From positions 1 to 43,862 of the IMG/VR virus record IMGVR_UViG_2541047828_000009: a DNA stretch of 43,862 nucleotides. The stretch is one strand, 5' to 3'. Both the position numbers and the translations under genes were made by a program. The stretch comes from a virus. Its lineage: Duplodnaviria > Heunggongvirae > Uroviricota > Caudoviricetes. Positions 9,002-16,962 of the stretch are shown piece by piece (the stretch's first letter is position 1; each line of letters opens with the position of its first letter). Below the pieces are notes generated by a model. The model was not told the origin of the DNA. It saw nothing but the letters and a program-made list of their open reading frames with translations, and searched no databases.

Positions 9002-9067
9002 ATAAGCCTTTTGCTTAAACTTGAAAATTCGCCTCAGGCTTGACAATAAATTAAGTCTCAGGCTTAA
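9002..9067. promoter_or_regulatory. Right operator cluster (OR-like): three TTAAG-N7-CTTAA-type sites
   Basis: ataagccttttgcttaa (9002-9018), weaker ttcgcctcaggcttgac (9028-9044), ttaagtctcaggcttaa (9051-9067). Confidence 0.7.
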
Positions 9068-9068
9068 T
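9040..9068 (+). promoter_or_regulatory. pR-like early-right promoter
   Basis: Perfect -35 TTGACA at 9040-9045, 17/18-nt spacer containing an operator site, -10-like CTTAAT/TTAATT. Confidence 0.55.
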
Positions 9069-9095
9069 TTGATTGTATTCAAATCGGAGACAACG

Positions 9096-9314
9096 ATGAA
9101 CGGGTTAACGAAAGCCATTAAGTCCGCTGGCACTGCAACAAATCTCGCAACCATGCTGGGCATCAAGCCGATGTCGGTCAGCCGCTGGAAAAACCGGTAC
9201 CAGGGCGTGGTGCCTGCTGATCGGGTCCTTCAAATCTACGCGGCTACCGGCGTAACTCCACACGAGCTGCGCCCTGATCTCTATCCAAATCCCACTGACG
9301 GATTACCAAAGTAG
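9096..9314 (+). CDS. Cro/YdaS-like HTH regulator (72 aa)
   Basis: ATG 9096 with GGAGA 5 nt upstream; HTH segment TATNLATMLGIKPMSVSRWKNR; divergent from the repressor. Confidence 0.7.
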   Translation: MNGLTKAIKSAGTATNLATMLGIKPMSVSRWKNRYQGVVPADRVLQIYAATGVTPHELRPDLYPNPTDGLPK

Positions 9315-9325
9315 GAGCACTGACA

Positions 9326-9883
9326 ATGCAAACACTTTCTTTTCAACAGAATAACAGAGCGCCATCAGAGCACCTGAAATTCCAGTATCAACACAGTGAG
9401 GCTGAAGGCCAGCCGGTCGATCACCGGGCTATCTGTTCTGCCGTCCGCGCCTGGGCGGCGGCAGAGGGCCGCGTGGCGGTCGCTCTGGCGATTAAAGAGG
9501 CTGCCGAACAGGCCGAGCTTGACAGCATTGACATGACCGGCAGCGCCGATGTGTGGAACGTGAAGCTGTTTCGCTGGCTGGACAACCACGAGAAATCACC
9601 GGCCTACCGGGCGAACGTCGAGCAGCTGGCGCCGGTAATAATTTCGGTTCTGCCGCTGGCGTACCGGGATCGCGTGATTAAGCACGACTGCTTTGCGGTT
9701 CGTGTCGCCAGGTCGGTGAAAGAAGACGCTGAGGCGATACAGGCTGTCGTCCTCAAAGCCCCCAGACACGAACGGATGAAGGAAATCAGCGAGAGCATCG
9801 TAGCTAAGCTCTACCTGGACGGACCTGATTCTGTGGCGCCCATTATGGCGATGGTTACAACGATGCTGGGTGGTGCGCTATGA
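9326..9883 (+). CDS. YdaT-like protein (putative cII-type early regulator)
   Basis: 185 aa, AGGAG RBS; position directly after the cro-like gene; family assignment from memory only. Confidence 0.4.
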   Translation: MQTLSFQQNNRAPSEHLKFQYQHSEAEGQPVDHRAICSAVRAWAAAEGRVAVALAIKEAAEQAELDSIDMTGSADVWNVKLFRWLDNHEKSPAYRANVEQLAPVIISVLPLAYRDRVIKHDCFAVRVARSVKEDAEAIQAVVLKAPRHERMKEISESIVAKLYLDGPDSVAPIMAMVTTMLGGAL

Positions 9884-9967
9884 CGGGCTCAGAAATGGCG
9901 AAAGCCGCGGTGCTCGAACACCAACGGCTTTCAGGTGCAAAAACTGTGCGTAATTGCGGAGAACAGT

Positions 9968-10876
9968 ATGTCAAATACCGCTGAAATAATCAATTTCCCA
10001 AATAAAACCGAACAACCGGGAGGTCGTATGGCCGACCTGTCGAACGGGTATACCAAGGTCGCTAACGAGATCCAACAGCTTAAGCCTCGCCTGAGACTGT
10101 CAGGCCGGGAATGGCAATGTTTTGAGGCGGTGATCTGGCTTACCTACGGCTGGAACAAGAAACAGGACCGCGTGACAAATACGGTTATTGCCGAGCTTAC
10201 GGGCCTGAGCGATACGCATGTATCGGACGCGCTTAAGTCTCTCGCAGAACGCAAAATCATCTTTTCACAGAAGCAGGGCATGATGAAAATCGTCGGTGTA
10301 AACACTGACCTTTCAGCATGGATTTTAGACAAACCGGAAACGGGAAGAAAATTCCCGAAAACGGGAAAATCCTTCCCGAAATCAGGAATAACCTTCCCGA
10401 AAACGGTAGACACCCAATACAAGAACAAGAACAGTATTAAAAGATCTTCGTCCGAGAATTCTGACGAATCCTCTGACGCACGTCTGAAGAAATTTTTATC
10501 AACTCATCCTGAAGCTGCGGTCTACACACCATCCGGTGCGAAGTGGGGCTCTGCTGAAGACCTCGAGACAGCTAAGTGGATTTCCTCCAGGGTGAAGCTG
10601 ATTAACCCAACCTGCAAAGCCCCGGACATGACCTCCTGGTCTAACACTGTTCGCCTGATGCGCCAGATAGACAACCGGTCGCACCAGGACATCTGCGCGC
10701 TGTATGACTGGGCTAGCAAACACCACTTCTGGCAGACCAACATCCTGAGTCCCGAAAGCCTGCGTAAGCAGTGGGACAAGCTGACAATGCAGCGTAACGC
10801 CGGAGGTGAGCAGCGCGCTGTCAAGCCAGATCTGGACTTCAACAACACTGACTGGGCCTATGGGGTGATCCGATGA
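9968..10876 (+). CDS. Replication initiator, lambda O-like
   Basis: N-terminal block LSGREWQCFEAVIWLTYGWNKKQDRVTNTVIAELTGLSDTHVSDALKSL typical of O N-domains; iterons inside the gene; stop overlaps the P start. Confidence 0.8.
   Translation: MSNTAEIINFPNKTEQPGGRMADLSNGYTKVANEIQQLKPRLRLSGREWQCFEAVIWLTYGWNKKQDRVTNTVIAELTGLSDTHVSDALKSLAERKIIFSQKQGMMKIVGVNTDLSAWILDKPETGRKFPKTGKSFPKSGITFPKTVDTQYKNKNSIKRSSSENSDESSDARLKKFLSTHPEAAVYTPSGAKWGSAEDLETAKWISSRVKLINPTCKAPDMTSWSNTVRLMRQIDNRSHQDICALYDWASKHHFWQTNILSPESLRKQWDKLTMQRNAGGEQRAVKPDLDFNNTDWAYGVIR
10331..10445. repeat. Origin-like iteron array plus AT-rich tract inside the O-like gene
   Basis: About four copies of TTCCCGAAAACGG-type units at roughly 20-bp spacing (one is the palindrome ttcccgaaaacgggaa), followed by an AT-rich stretch. 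Confidence 0.65.
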
Positions 10877-11562
10877 AATCTCTTGCAGAGCAGATGCGTA
10901 ACCACGACCGCGAGCAGATGAGCCGCATGGCCCATAACCTGCCAGAGCAGTACCAGGAGTGCGCGCCGGTCGAGCAGGTGGCGCAGGTATTCAACAAGCT
11001 GTTCAACGAGCTGCGCGCCGCGTTCCCGGCCAGCATGGCGAACTTCCGCACCCAGGAAGACCTGAACGAATTCCGCCGTCAGTGGCTGCTGGCGTTTCAG
11101 GAGAACGGGATCCACACCATGGCTCAGGTCGATGCCGGCATGCGCATTGCCCGCCGCCAGGAGCGCCCATTCCTGCCGTCGCCGGGCCAGTTCGTCGCCT
11201 GGTGCAAGCAGAGCGGCGGCGCGCTGGGCGTCAACGTTGACCAGGTGATCGCCGAATACTGGGACTGGCGTAACCGCTCGTTCGAATTCATCTCCAGCGA
11301 GCAATTTCCATGGTCGCAGCCGGTCATGTACCACATTTGCGTAGAATTGCGCCACCGCAGCACCGAGCGCCAGTTAACGCATGGTGAACTGGCACGCGAG
11401 GCAGGCGATCTGCTGGACATGTGGGAAAGGCGCGTCACCGAGGGTAAGCCAGTGCCGCCGGTACGCCGGGCTATTGCCGCACCAGCTGCCGAGCAAGGGC
11501 CGACGCCGATCCAGCTGCTGCTGGCCAAGTACAACCGCAACAAGTCGAACGGGATGGTGTGA
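10873..11562 (+). CDS. P: Replication protein P (helicase loader), lambda P-like
   Basis: Long blocks match lambda P as recalled (FDREQM, PEQY, QVAQ, FPAS, RRQWLLAFQENGI, RRQERPFLPSPGQFVAWC). Confidence 0.9.
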   Translation: MKSLAEQMRNHDREQMSRMAHNLPEQYQECAPVEQVAQVFNKLFNELRAAFPASMANFRTQEDLNEFRRQWLLAFQENGIHTMAQVDAGMRIARRQERPFLPSPGQFVAWCKQSGGALGVNVDQVIAEYWDWRNRSFEFISSEQFPWSQPVMYHICVELRHRSTERQLTHGELAREAGDLLDMWERRVTEGKPVPPVRRAIAAPAAEQGPTPIQLLLAKYNRNKSNGMV

Positions 11563-11563
11563 C

Positions 11564-11804
11564 ATGAACATAACAATCCGTGAGCAGGTGCTGGCAGCCC
11601 TGCGCAACAACCCAGGGTTGAACAACGCCAAACTGGCAGGGCTTCCCGGAGTGGTACATCATCGATCAGGACTATCGGGGGCAGAAGTACGCGAAGGACA
11701 AGCAGGTTGCGCGTTGTGGCAACGCAGTTCCGCCGCCATTCGCCGAGGCACTGGTGAGGGCTAATTTACCGGAGCTTTGTCAGCAGAAAGAGATCGCAGC
11801 TTAA
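11564..11804 (+). pseudogene. Frameshifted C-terminal remnant of a C5-cytosine DNA methyltransferase
   Basis: Frame 2 encodes QGFPEWYIIDQDYRGQKYAKDKQVARCGNAVPPPFAEALVRANL (MTase motifs IX and X); it is out of frame with the upstream ATG by one base at a GGG run (11639-11641); removing one G gives AKLAGFPEWY. Confidence 0.4.
11741..11804 (+). repeat. Direct repeat copy 1 (about 64 bp) ending in TAA
   Basis: Roughly 80 percent identical by eye to 12329-12392; both encode AEALVRANL.ELCQQK.IAA-stop. Confidence 0.7.
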
Positions 11805-11903
11805 TGTCCGAGTTTCAGAACATGGTGTAACAAATCCTGCTACTTCAATGACGTAGATTCAAACCTGATATAATTAGGCTCTTCACAACACGAGGAGCCT
11901 AAA

Positions 11904-12140
11904 ATGCACCATTACATGATCCCTATCAACGGAACTGTTCACCTGATCAAGACTGACTCTCTAATCCCTGAAGGGACTGAGTATAGCTTTGAAGGAGAAA
12001 GTCTAATCTGCGCTCATGCCACTTTTAAATCTGGGACGTATGGCTTCCTGATACCAAAGGGAAATCAGTTGAATAGAGAGCATGCGTTCTGGCATGTAAG
12101 TGGAATTCACCCTAATCCCCTGGGAATGGATAAATCGTAA
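11904..12140 (+). CDS. Hypothetical protein (78 aa)
   Basis: GAGGAG RBS 7 nt before the ATG; lower-GC moron-like stretch. Confidence 0.5.
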   Translation: MHHYMIPINGTVHLIKTDSLIPEGTEYSFEGESLICAHATFKSGTYGFLIPKGNQLNREHAFWHVSGIHPNPLGMDKS

Positions 12141-12328
12141 TCCATAATATGCATGCCATCGTCCTGAACATACGGTGGCATGCATCCGGCACTACAACAG
12201 AAACGTTAAAGTGCAAACAATACAATTCGAGCAATATTCAACCTGTCACAGATGGCGAATACCACCGCCATTTCGTGCATTCTGTGGTTTCTATTACCCA
12301 TTGCGTTAATGCTGTCCAATCATCAGCT

Positions 12329-12392
12329 CGCTGAGGCGCTGGTTAGGGCTAACCTACAGGAGCTTTGTCAGCAGAAACAAATAGCGGCGTAA
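12329..12392 (+). repeat. Direct repeat copy 2
   Basis: Partner of 11741-11804; in frame with a 46-aa hydrophobic ORF (12252..12392) that has no obvious RBS. Confidence 0.7.
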
Positions 12393-12410
12393 TAAAACAT
12401 CGCTAATTCA

Positions 12411-12437
12411 ACCCGCTACGGCGGGTTTTCTTTTTTT
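12411..12437 (+). terminator. Rho-independent terminator
   Basis: aCCCGC-tacg-GCGGGt stem followed by a T-run. Confidence 0.7.
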
Positions 12438-12499
12438 ACTACTGACAGAAAATTAACAATTTGTGCTCTTAAAGCGTTGATAATTTCCGCGCATAGGTA

Positions 12500-12519
12500 T
12501 ACTGTATAAAAACACAGTA
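12500..12519. promoter_or_regulatory. LexA (SOS) box overlapping the dinI-like promoter
   Basis: taCTGTataaaaacACAGta fits CTGT-N8-ACAG; TTGATA is 17 nt upstream; gene starts 18 nt downstream. Confidence 0.75.
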
Positions 12520-12537
12520 AATGCAATGGGGGCCATT

Positions 12538-12771
12538 ATGAAAGTTGAATTAACCATTGATCGTATGAAAGAACTTCCTAAAGGCGCAGTACCAGCACTG
12601 GAGAAAGAACTGCTTAAGCGCCTGAATGATCACTATGACAATTGCAGGCTCACAATCCGCCGTGCCGGGGCCGATGGGTTAAGTGTTTTTGGTGGTGACA
12701 AGGACGATAAAAAGAAAATTGAATCAATCCTCCAGGATACCTGGGAAAGCGCTGACGACTGGTTTTATTAG
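12538..12771 (+). CDS. dinI: DinI-family DNA damage-inducible protein
   Basis: MKVELTIDRMKELPKGAV ... ILQDTWESADDWFY matches the DinI N- and C-terminal signatures; LexA box upstream. Confidence 0.85.
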   Translation: MKVELTIDRMKELPKGAVPALEKELLKRLNDHYDNCRLTIRRAGADGLSVFGGDKDDKKKIESILQDTWESADDWFY

Positions 12772-12888
12772 AATTGCGCTTAAGGCTGGCGCGCATTTTT
12801 CAGAATACCGCAATTTGCGTAACCCTCTGATGCTGCTGCCGACAATCTTTAATCGCGTCTGTTAGTCGCTCGAAGGGAGAACATAAAT

Positions 12889-13137
12889 GTGAGTGATTCA
12901 GCTTTGCAAACGTCAGAAGACAACTGGTATGACATTGTAAGAAGGTCTGACGGCTGCGTGGTGTTTAGCTTTCCTTCATCGGGCAGGCATCTAATTTATC
13001 GCGTCAATGGCATGGTTTCTATGCGGCCTTTGCTGGATGATGAAGAGGTCTTTACTCCTAATGGTTTTATGCAGTTTATTCACCGTCTCGGCTACCGGGT
13101 AACCCCACCTTCTGATAATATGAAATCAACGGTCTGA
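12889..13137 (+). CDS. Hypothetical nin-region protein (82 aa)
   Basis: GTG start with GAAGGGAGA RBS; no recognisable domain. Confidence 0.45.
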   Translation: MSDSALQTSEDNWYDIVRRSDGCVVFSFPSSGRHLIYRVNGMVSMRPLLDDEEVFTPNGFMQFIHRLGYRVTPPSDNMKSTV

Positions 13138-13171
13138 ACAACCGTAACCTACTGCGCCACGGAGAGAAACC

Positions 13172-13771
13172 ATGGCGCACGAACTACAACTCATCAAGCA
13201 TTCCTCAGGAATCCTGATCCCCGCTACGCCGGAGACCAGTGATTTACTGCAATCAAAAATCAAACTCGGCTCCGTACTGGTGGCTGAGTTCCGGCAGGTA
13301 CGCAACCCGGCCTTTCACCGTCGTTTCTTCGCGTTACTCAATCTCGGTTTCGAATACTGGGAACCCACCGGCGGGGCAATCTCCTCCAACGAACGCAAGC
13401 TGGTAACCGGCTATGCCAAGTTCCTTGCCTCATTCGCGGGAAGTGAAGCAGCACTCCTGGATGCTGCTGAGCAATATCTGGACCGCATCGCCGATAAGCG
13501 TACTGGTAGCATCTGCGCCTGTAAGTCATTCGATGCATATCGTGCATGGGTCACTATTGAGTCCGGCCATTACGACGCCATTCAGCTGCCTGACGGCACC
13601 CTCCGCAAACATCCCCGCAGTATCTCATTCGCAAATATGGATGAAACTGAGTTCCAGCAGCTGTACAAAGCCGCGCTCGATGTTCTGTGGCGATGGATAC
13701 TCTCCCGATCATTTCGCAGTTGTGAAGAGGCAGAAAACGCCGCCGCCCAGCTGATGAGCTTTGCGGGGTGA
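13172..13771 (+). CDS. Hypothetical nin-region protein (199 aa)
   Basis: GGAGAGA RBS; conserved-looking phage protein of unknown function. Confidence 0.6.
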   Translation: MAHELQLIKHSSGILIPATPETSDLLQSKIKLGSVLVAEFRQVRNPAFHRRFFALLNLGFEYWEPTGGAISSNERKLVTGYAKFLASFAGSEAALLDAAEQYLDRIADKRTGSICACKSFDAYRAWVTIESGHYDAIQLPDGTLRKHPRSISFANMDETEFQQLYKAALDVLWRWILSRSFRSCEEAENAAAQLMSFAG

Positions 13772-13977
13772 TGGCGATGAAATTTTCCTGGTTCCACCAT
13801 CACGAATGCACCACCGAACAGGCCGACGAGCTGGTGGAGAAATACCGGGCGCGCGGTGTAAAGACAGAGCGCAGCCTGAATCGCGACAACATCACCTGGA
13901 CCGTCAGCGCGCAATTGCCGGAAGGCGATAACGCGCCTCGCCCGAGCCGGGTATGGCAAAGCAAGGCGTGGGGGTGA
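13768..13977 (+). CDS. Hypothetical protein (69 aa)
   Basis: Start overlaps the previous stop; several candidate starts (GTG 13768, ATG 13771/13777). Confidence 0.45.
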   Translation: MMAMKFSWFHHHECTTEQADELVEKYRARGVKTERSLNRDNITWTVSAQLPEGDNAPRPSRVWQSKAWG

Positions 13978-13979
13978 GC

Positions 13980-14270
13980 ATGGCAAATTTACGCAAAGAG
14001 GCTCGTGGTCGTGATTGTCAGGTTCGAATTCCCGGCGTCTGCAACGGTAACCCGGAAACGTCTGTACTGGCGCACATTCGCCTGGCCGGGTTATGTGGCA
14101 CCGGAATCAAACCGCCTGATCTGATTGCCACCATTGCATGCTCTGCCTGTCACGACGAGATCGACCGCCGTACACATTTTGTCGATGCTGAGTATGCTAA
14201 AGAATGCGCGCTGGAAGGTATGGCGAGAACGCAGGTTATCTGGCTGAAAGAGGGGGTAATCAAGGCGTGA
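13980..14270 (+). CDS. Cys-rich nin-region protein, YbcO-like as recalled
   Basis: [34 protein letters not shown] ... [24 protein letters not shown]; family name from memory, unverified. Confidence 0.55.
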   Translation: MANLRKEARGRDCQVRIPGVCNGNPETSVLAHIRLAGLCGTGIKPPDLIATIACSACHDEIDRRTHFVDAEYAKECALEGMARTQVIWLKEGVIKA

Positions 14271-14629
14271 ATACTTACAACATCACATTGCCCTGGCCGC
14301 CGAGCAATAACCGCTACTACCGCCATAATCGCGGGCGCACGCACATCAGCGCAGAAGGGCAGGCATACCGCGATAACGTCGCCCGAATCATTAAAAACGC
14401 AATGCTGGATATCGGTCTGGCTATGCCTGTGAAAATCCGCATTGAGTGCCACATGCCGGATCGCCGTCGCCGTGACCTGGATAATCTGCAAAAGGCCGCT
14501 TTTGACGCACTCACCAAAGCAGGTTTCTGGCTGGACGATGCTCAGGTCGTTGATTATCGCGTTGTGAAGATGCCCGTTACCAAAGGTGGAAAGCTGGAAC
14601 TGACAATCACCGGGCTGGAGGCCGTATGA
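14267..14629 (+). CDS. rusA: Holliday junction resolvase RusA
   Basis: [46 protein letters not shown]... is near-identical to RusA as recalled; GTG start overlaps the upstream stop. Confidence 0.9.
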   Translation: MNTYNITLPWPPSNNRYYRHNRGRTHISAEGQAYRDNVARIIKNAMLDIGLAMPVKIRIECHMPDRRRRDLDNLQKAAFDALTKAGFWLDDAQVVDYRVVKMPVTKGGKLELTITGLEAV

Positions 14630-14763
14630 CATTTGAATCCTGTTTTTCCGATCACCTCCGCGTTCGCTGGCAGCGGCTTCGCTTATACCACTTTCCCGGC
14701 TCTGTGCTAACGGACTACCGGATACTGAAGAACTACATCAAAACCATAGGCGGTGCAGTATGA
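14626..14763 (+). CDS. Small ORF (45 aa) translationally coupled between rusA and the Q-like gene
   Basis: ATGA overlaps at both ends (rusA stop/start and start of the next gene); [23 protein letters not shown]...; below the track cutoff. Confidence 0.35.
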   Translation: MTFESCFSDHLRVRWQRLRLYHFPGSVLTDYRILKNYIKTIGGAV

Positions 14764-15449
14764 ATACTCAATTTCTCGAATACGTGCGCCAGCAGTTGAT
14801 GGTGGCCACCGCCGATTTAAGTGGTGCGACGAAAGGGCAGTTGATGGCGTGGCTTGAAAACGCGCAGTTCGATACGGGAACGTTTAAACGTAAAAAGCCT
14901 CGAGTGCTGGATGAAGTGACCGGGGAAATGATTACGCTGGATAACCCGCCAATACCGGGCAAGCAGTCGCATACCAAGGGTTCGCATATTCCCCTGGTGC
15001 AGCCGGTTGAATACTCCAGCGCATCGTGGCGCCGCGCACTGATGTCACTCGAAGAACACCAGAAAGCGTGGCTGCTATGGAACTATAGCGAGAACGTGCG
15101 CTGGTGCTATCAGGTGGAAATCACTCAATGGGCGTGGGCAGAGTTCCGGGAGCAGCTCGGCGCGAAGAAGGTGGCCGGCAAAACGATGGAGCGCCTGAAG
15201 AAGCTTGTCTGGCTCGCGGCTCAGGACGTGAAAGCAGAGCTGGCAGGGCGTGAGACGTACGAATATCAGGCGCTGGCGTCGCTGGTTGGCGTAACGCCAA
15301 AAAACTGGTCAGAGACCTTTACTGACCGCTGGGTTGAGATGCGCAGCATCTTCCTGCGACTGGATAGCGGGGCTTTATTGCAGGTTACGCGATCACGTTC
15401 ACAACAAAAGGCGACAAATTTAGACTCAAGTCTTGCAAAACTGGATTGA
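14760..15449 (+). CDS. Putative late-gene antiterminator (Q-like)
   Basis: Position between rusA and the late promoter/lysis cassette; sequence not confidently matched to a Q family. Confidence 0.5.
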   Translation: MNTQFLEYVRQQLMVATADLSGATKGQLMAWLENAQFDTGTFKRKKPRVLDEVTGEMITLDNPPIPGKQSHTKGSHIPLVQPVEYSSASWRRALMSLEEHQKAWLLWNYSENVRWCYQVEITQWAWAEFREQLGAKKVAGKTMERLKKLVWLAAQDVKAELAGRETYEYQALASLVGVTPKNWSETFTDRWVEMRSIFLRLDSGALLQVTRSRSQQKATNLDSSLAKLD

Positions 15450-15461
15450 AACGCATATATT
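15433..15461 (+). promoter_or_regulatory. Late promoter (pR-prime-like)
   Basis: TTGCAA, 17-nt spacer, TATATT, at the 3-prime end of the Q-like gene. Confidence 0.6.
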
Positions 15462-15514
15462 TCATGTAAATCTGATATCGTCGCCATAGCTTCGTAGGTC
15501 GACAAAGAATTAAG

Positions 15515-15545
15515 AGCCTCGCCATCGTGCGGGGCTTTTTTATTT
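15515..15545 (+). terminator. Rho-independent terminator (first of a tandem pair)
   Basis: agcctcgc-catcgt-gcggggct stem then TTTTTTATTTGCG. Confidence 0.7.
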
Positions 15546-15619
15546 GCGGTACGCAGCACACAGAACCCACTACCTGGGACCCTTCGGCCAGAGAGCCGAC
15601 ATTGCCTTACCCTCACATT

Positions 15620-15646
15620 GCCAGCCTGTCGCTGGCTTTTTTATTT
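15620..15646 (+). terminator. Rho-independent terminator (second of the pair)
   Basis: gccagc-ctgtc-gctggc stem then the identical tail TTTTTTATTTGCG. Confidence 0.7.
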
Positions 15647-15718
15647 GCGATGTCCGGTCGTTGTTTCCTGGCATCCTTCCACTCTACACAAACAGCACCC
15701 CGTTCCTTCGGAGGTGAT

Positions 15719-16036
15719 ATGGCAAAGCGTATGAATGACGACCACAAAATTGTAGGCCTGTCCTGGTTAGTCCTGCTCGGCATTGCATGCTGGGGCGGTT
15801 TAGTTCGCTACCTGATCGACGTAAAGCAGAATAAAGCGACATGGAGCTGGATAAACGCGCTGGCACAGATCGCTGTCTCCGGCTTTACCGGTTTGATTGG
15901 CGGGTTGATAAGCGTGGAGAGTGGGTTGAGTTTTCACATGATCCTTGTCACGTCCGGCATTAGCGGGGCGATGGGTTCAGTGGCTCTGACCTATTTCTGG
16001 GAACGCTTGACGGGGATGAAGAATGCAAACCAGTGA
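15719..16036 (+). CDS. Holin (three predicted transmembrane segments)
   Basis: ATG 15719 with GGAGGTG RBS; hydrophobic stretches IVGLSWLVLLGIACWGGLV, WINALAQIAVSGFTGLIGGLI, FHMILVTSGISGAMGSVALTYF; immediately precedes and overlaps the lysozyme gene. Confidence 0.7.
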   Translation: MAKRMNDDHKIVGLSWLVLLGIACWGGLVRYLIDVKQNKATWSWINALAQIAVSGFTGLIGGLISVESGLSFHMILVTSGISGAMGSVALTYFWERLTGMKNANQ

Positions 16037-16463
16037 TAAAGGCATTGCCCTGATCAAAGAGTTCGAAGGTTGCAAGCTCACTGCCTATCAGGACAGCGTC
16101 GGCGTTTGGACGATCGGTTATGGCTGGACTCAGCCCGTCGACGGGAAACCAATCCGTGCCGGGATGACAATTAAGCAGGAAACGGCAGAACGCCTGCTGA
16201 AGACAGGAATGGTCAGTTACGAAAGTGACGTGTCACGACTGGTTAAAGTTGGCCTGACTCAGGGGCAATTCGATGCCCTGGTGTCGTTCACGTATAACCT
16301 CGGTGCGCGGTCATTGTCGACATCGACTCTCCTGCGAAAACTCAACGCCGGAGATTACGCTGGTGCAGCCGATGAGTTCCTGCGCTGGAATAAAGCTGGT
16401 GGGAAGGTGCTGAATGGGCTGACACGTCGGCGGGAGGCAGAGCGAGCTCTGTTCCTGTCATGA
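16023..16463 (+). CDS. Endolysin, phage lysozyme (P22 gp19-like)
   Basis: [30 protein letters not shown] ... [11 protein letters not shown] matches P22-type lysozyme as recalled. Confidence 0.9.
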   Translation: MQTSDKGIALIKEFEGCKLTAYQDSVGVWTIGYGWTQPVDGKPIRAGMTIKQETAERLLKTGMVSYESDVSRLVKVGLTQGQFDALVSFTYNLGARSLSTSTLLRKLNAGDYAGAADEFLRWNKAGGKVLNGLTRRREAERALFLS

Positions 16464-16930
16464 TTAGCGCACTGGTTAAGCGTTACTGGCTGCAGTTGCT
16501 GGTGCTGGCGTTAATCGGCGCACTGGCTTTCTTCGTGAACCACTACCGCGACAACGCCATCACTTACAGAGACCAGCGCGATAAGGCCACTGAGAAACTC
16601 CTCCTGGCGACCGCCACCATTAAAGACATGCAGACCCGCCAGCGTGATGTCGCTGCACTGGATGCCAAATACACCGGAGAACTGGCTGATGCGAAAGAAA
16701 CCATTGAGCGTCTGCATAGCGATGTCATTGCTGGCCGTAAGCGGCTGCAGCTCAACGCAAACTGTCCCGCGAACGGAACGACCAGCACCGGCGGCCTGGG
16801 CGATGTTACCGGCCCCCGACTTACTGACTCCGCTGAACGGGATTATTTCACCCTCAGAGAGCGAATCGTCACAGTGACGAAACAGGTTGGATATTTGCAG
16901 GAATACATCAAAGAGCAGTGCTTAAATTGA
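16460..16930 (+). CDS. Rz: Inner-membrane spanin Rz
   Basis: N-terminal TM segment [16 protein letters not shown], coiled-coil-like body; follows the endolysin. Confidence 0.8.
   Translation: MISALVKRYWLQLLVLALIGALAFFVNHYRDNAITYRDQRDKATEKLLLATATIKDMQTRQRDVAALDAKYTGELADAKETIERLHSDVIAGRKRLQLNANCPANGTTSTGGLGDVTGPRLTDSAERDYFTLRERIVTVTKQVGYLQEYIKEQCLN
16689..16877 (+). CDS. Rz1: Outer-membrane lipoprotein spanin Rz1, embedded in Rz in the +1 frame
   Basis: [20 protein letters not shown] lipobox; proline-rich mature part; entirely inside Rz. Confidence 0.8.
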   Translation: MRKKPLSVCIAMSLLAVSGCSSTQTVPRTERPAPAAWAMLPAPDLLTPLNGIISPSESESSQ

Positions 16931-16962
16931 TGTTAAATTAACCTTTTACATACGGAGGGGTT

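Noticed and set aside
12003-12334. Track ORFs 12003..12185 (minus) and 12149..12334 (plus)
   Set aside because: They overlap each other and the 10-bp inverted repeat and lack RBSs; the region more likely contains a structured RNA and the small hydrophobic ORF.
15527-16036. 169-aa track ORF extending the holin upstream
   Set aside because: The N-terminal 64 codons run through the two terminators and lack an RBS; ATG 15719 with GGAGGTG gives a normal-sized three-TM holin.
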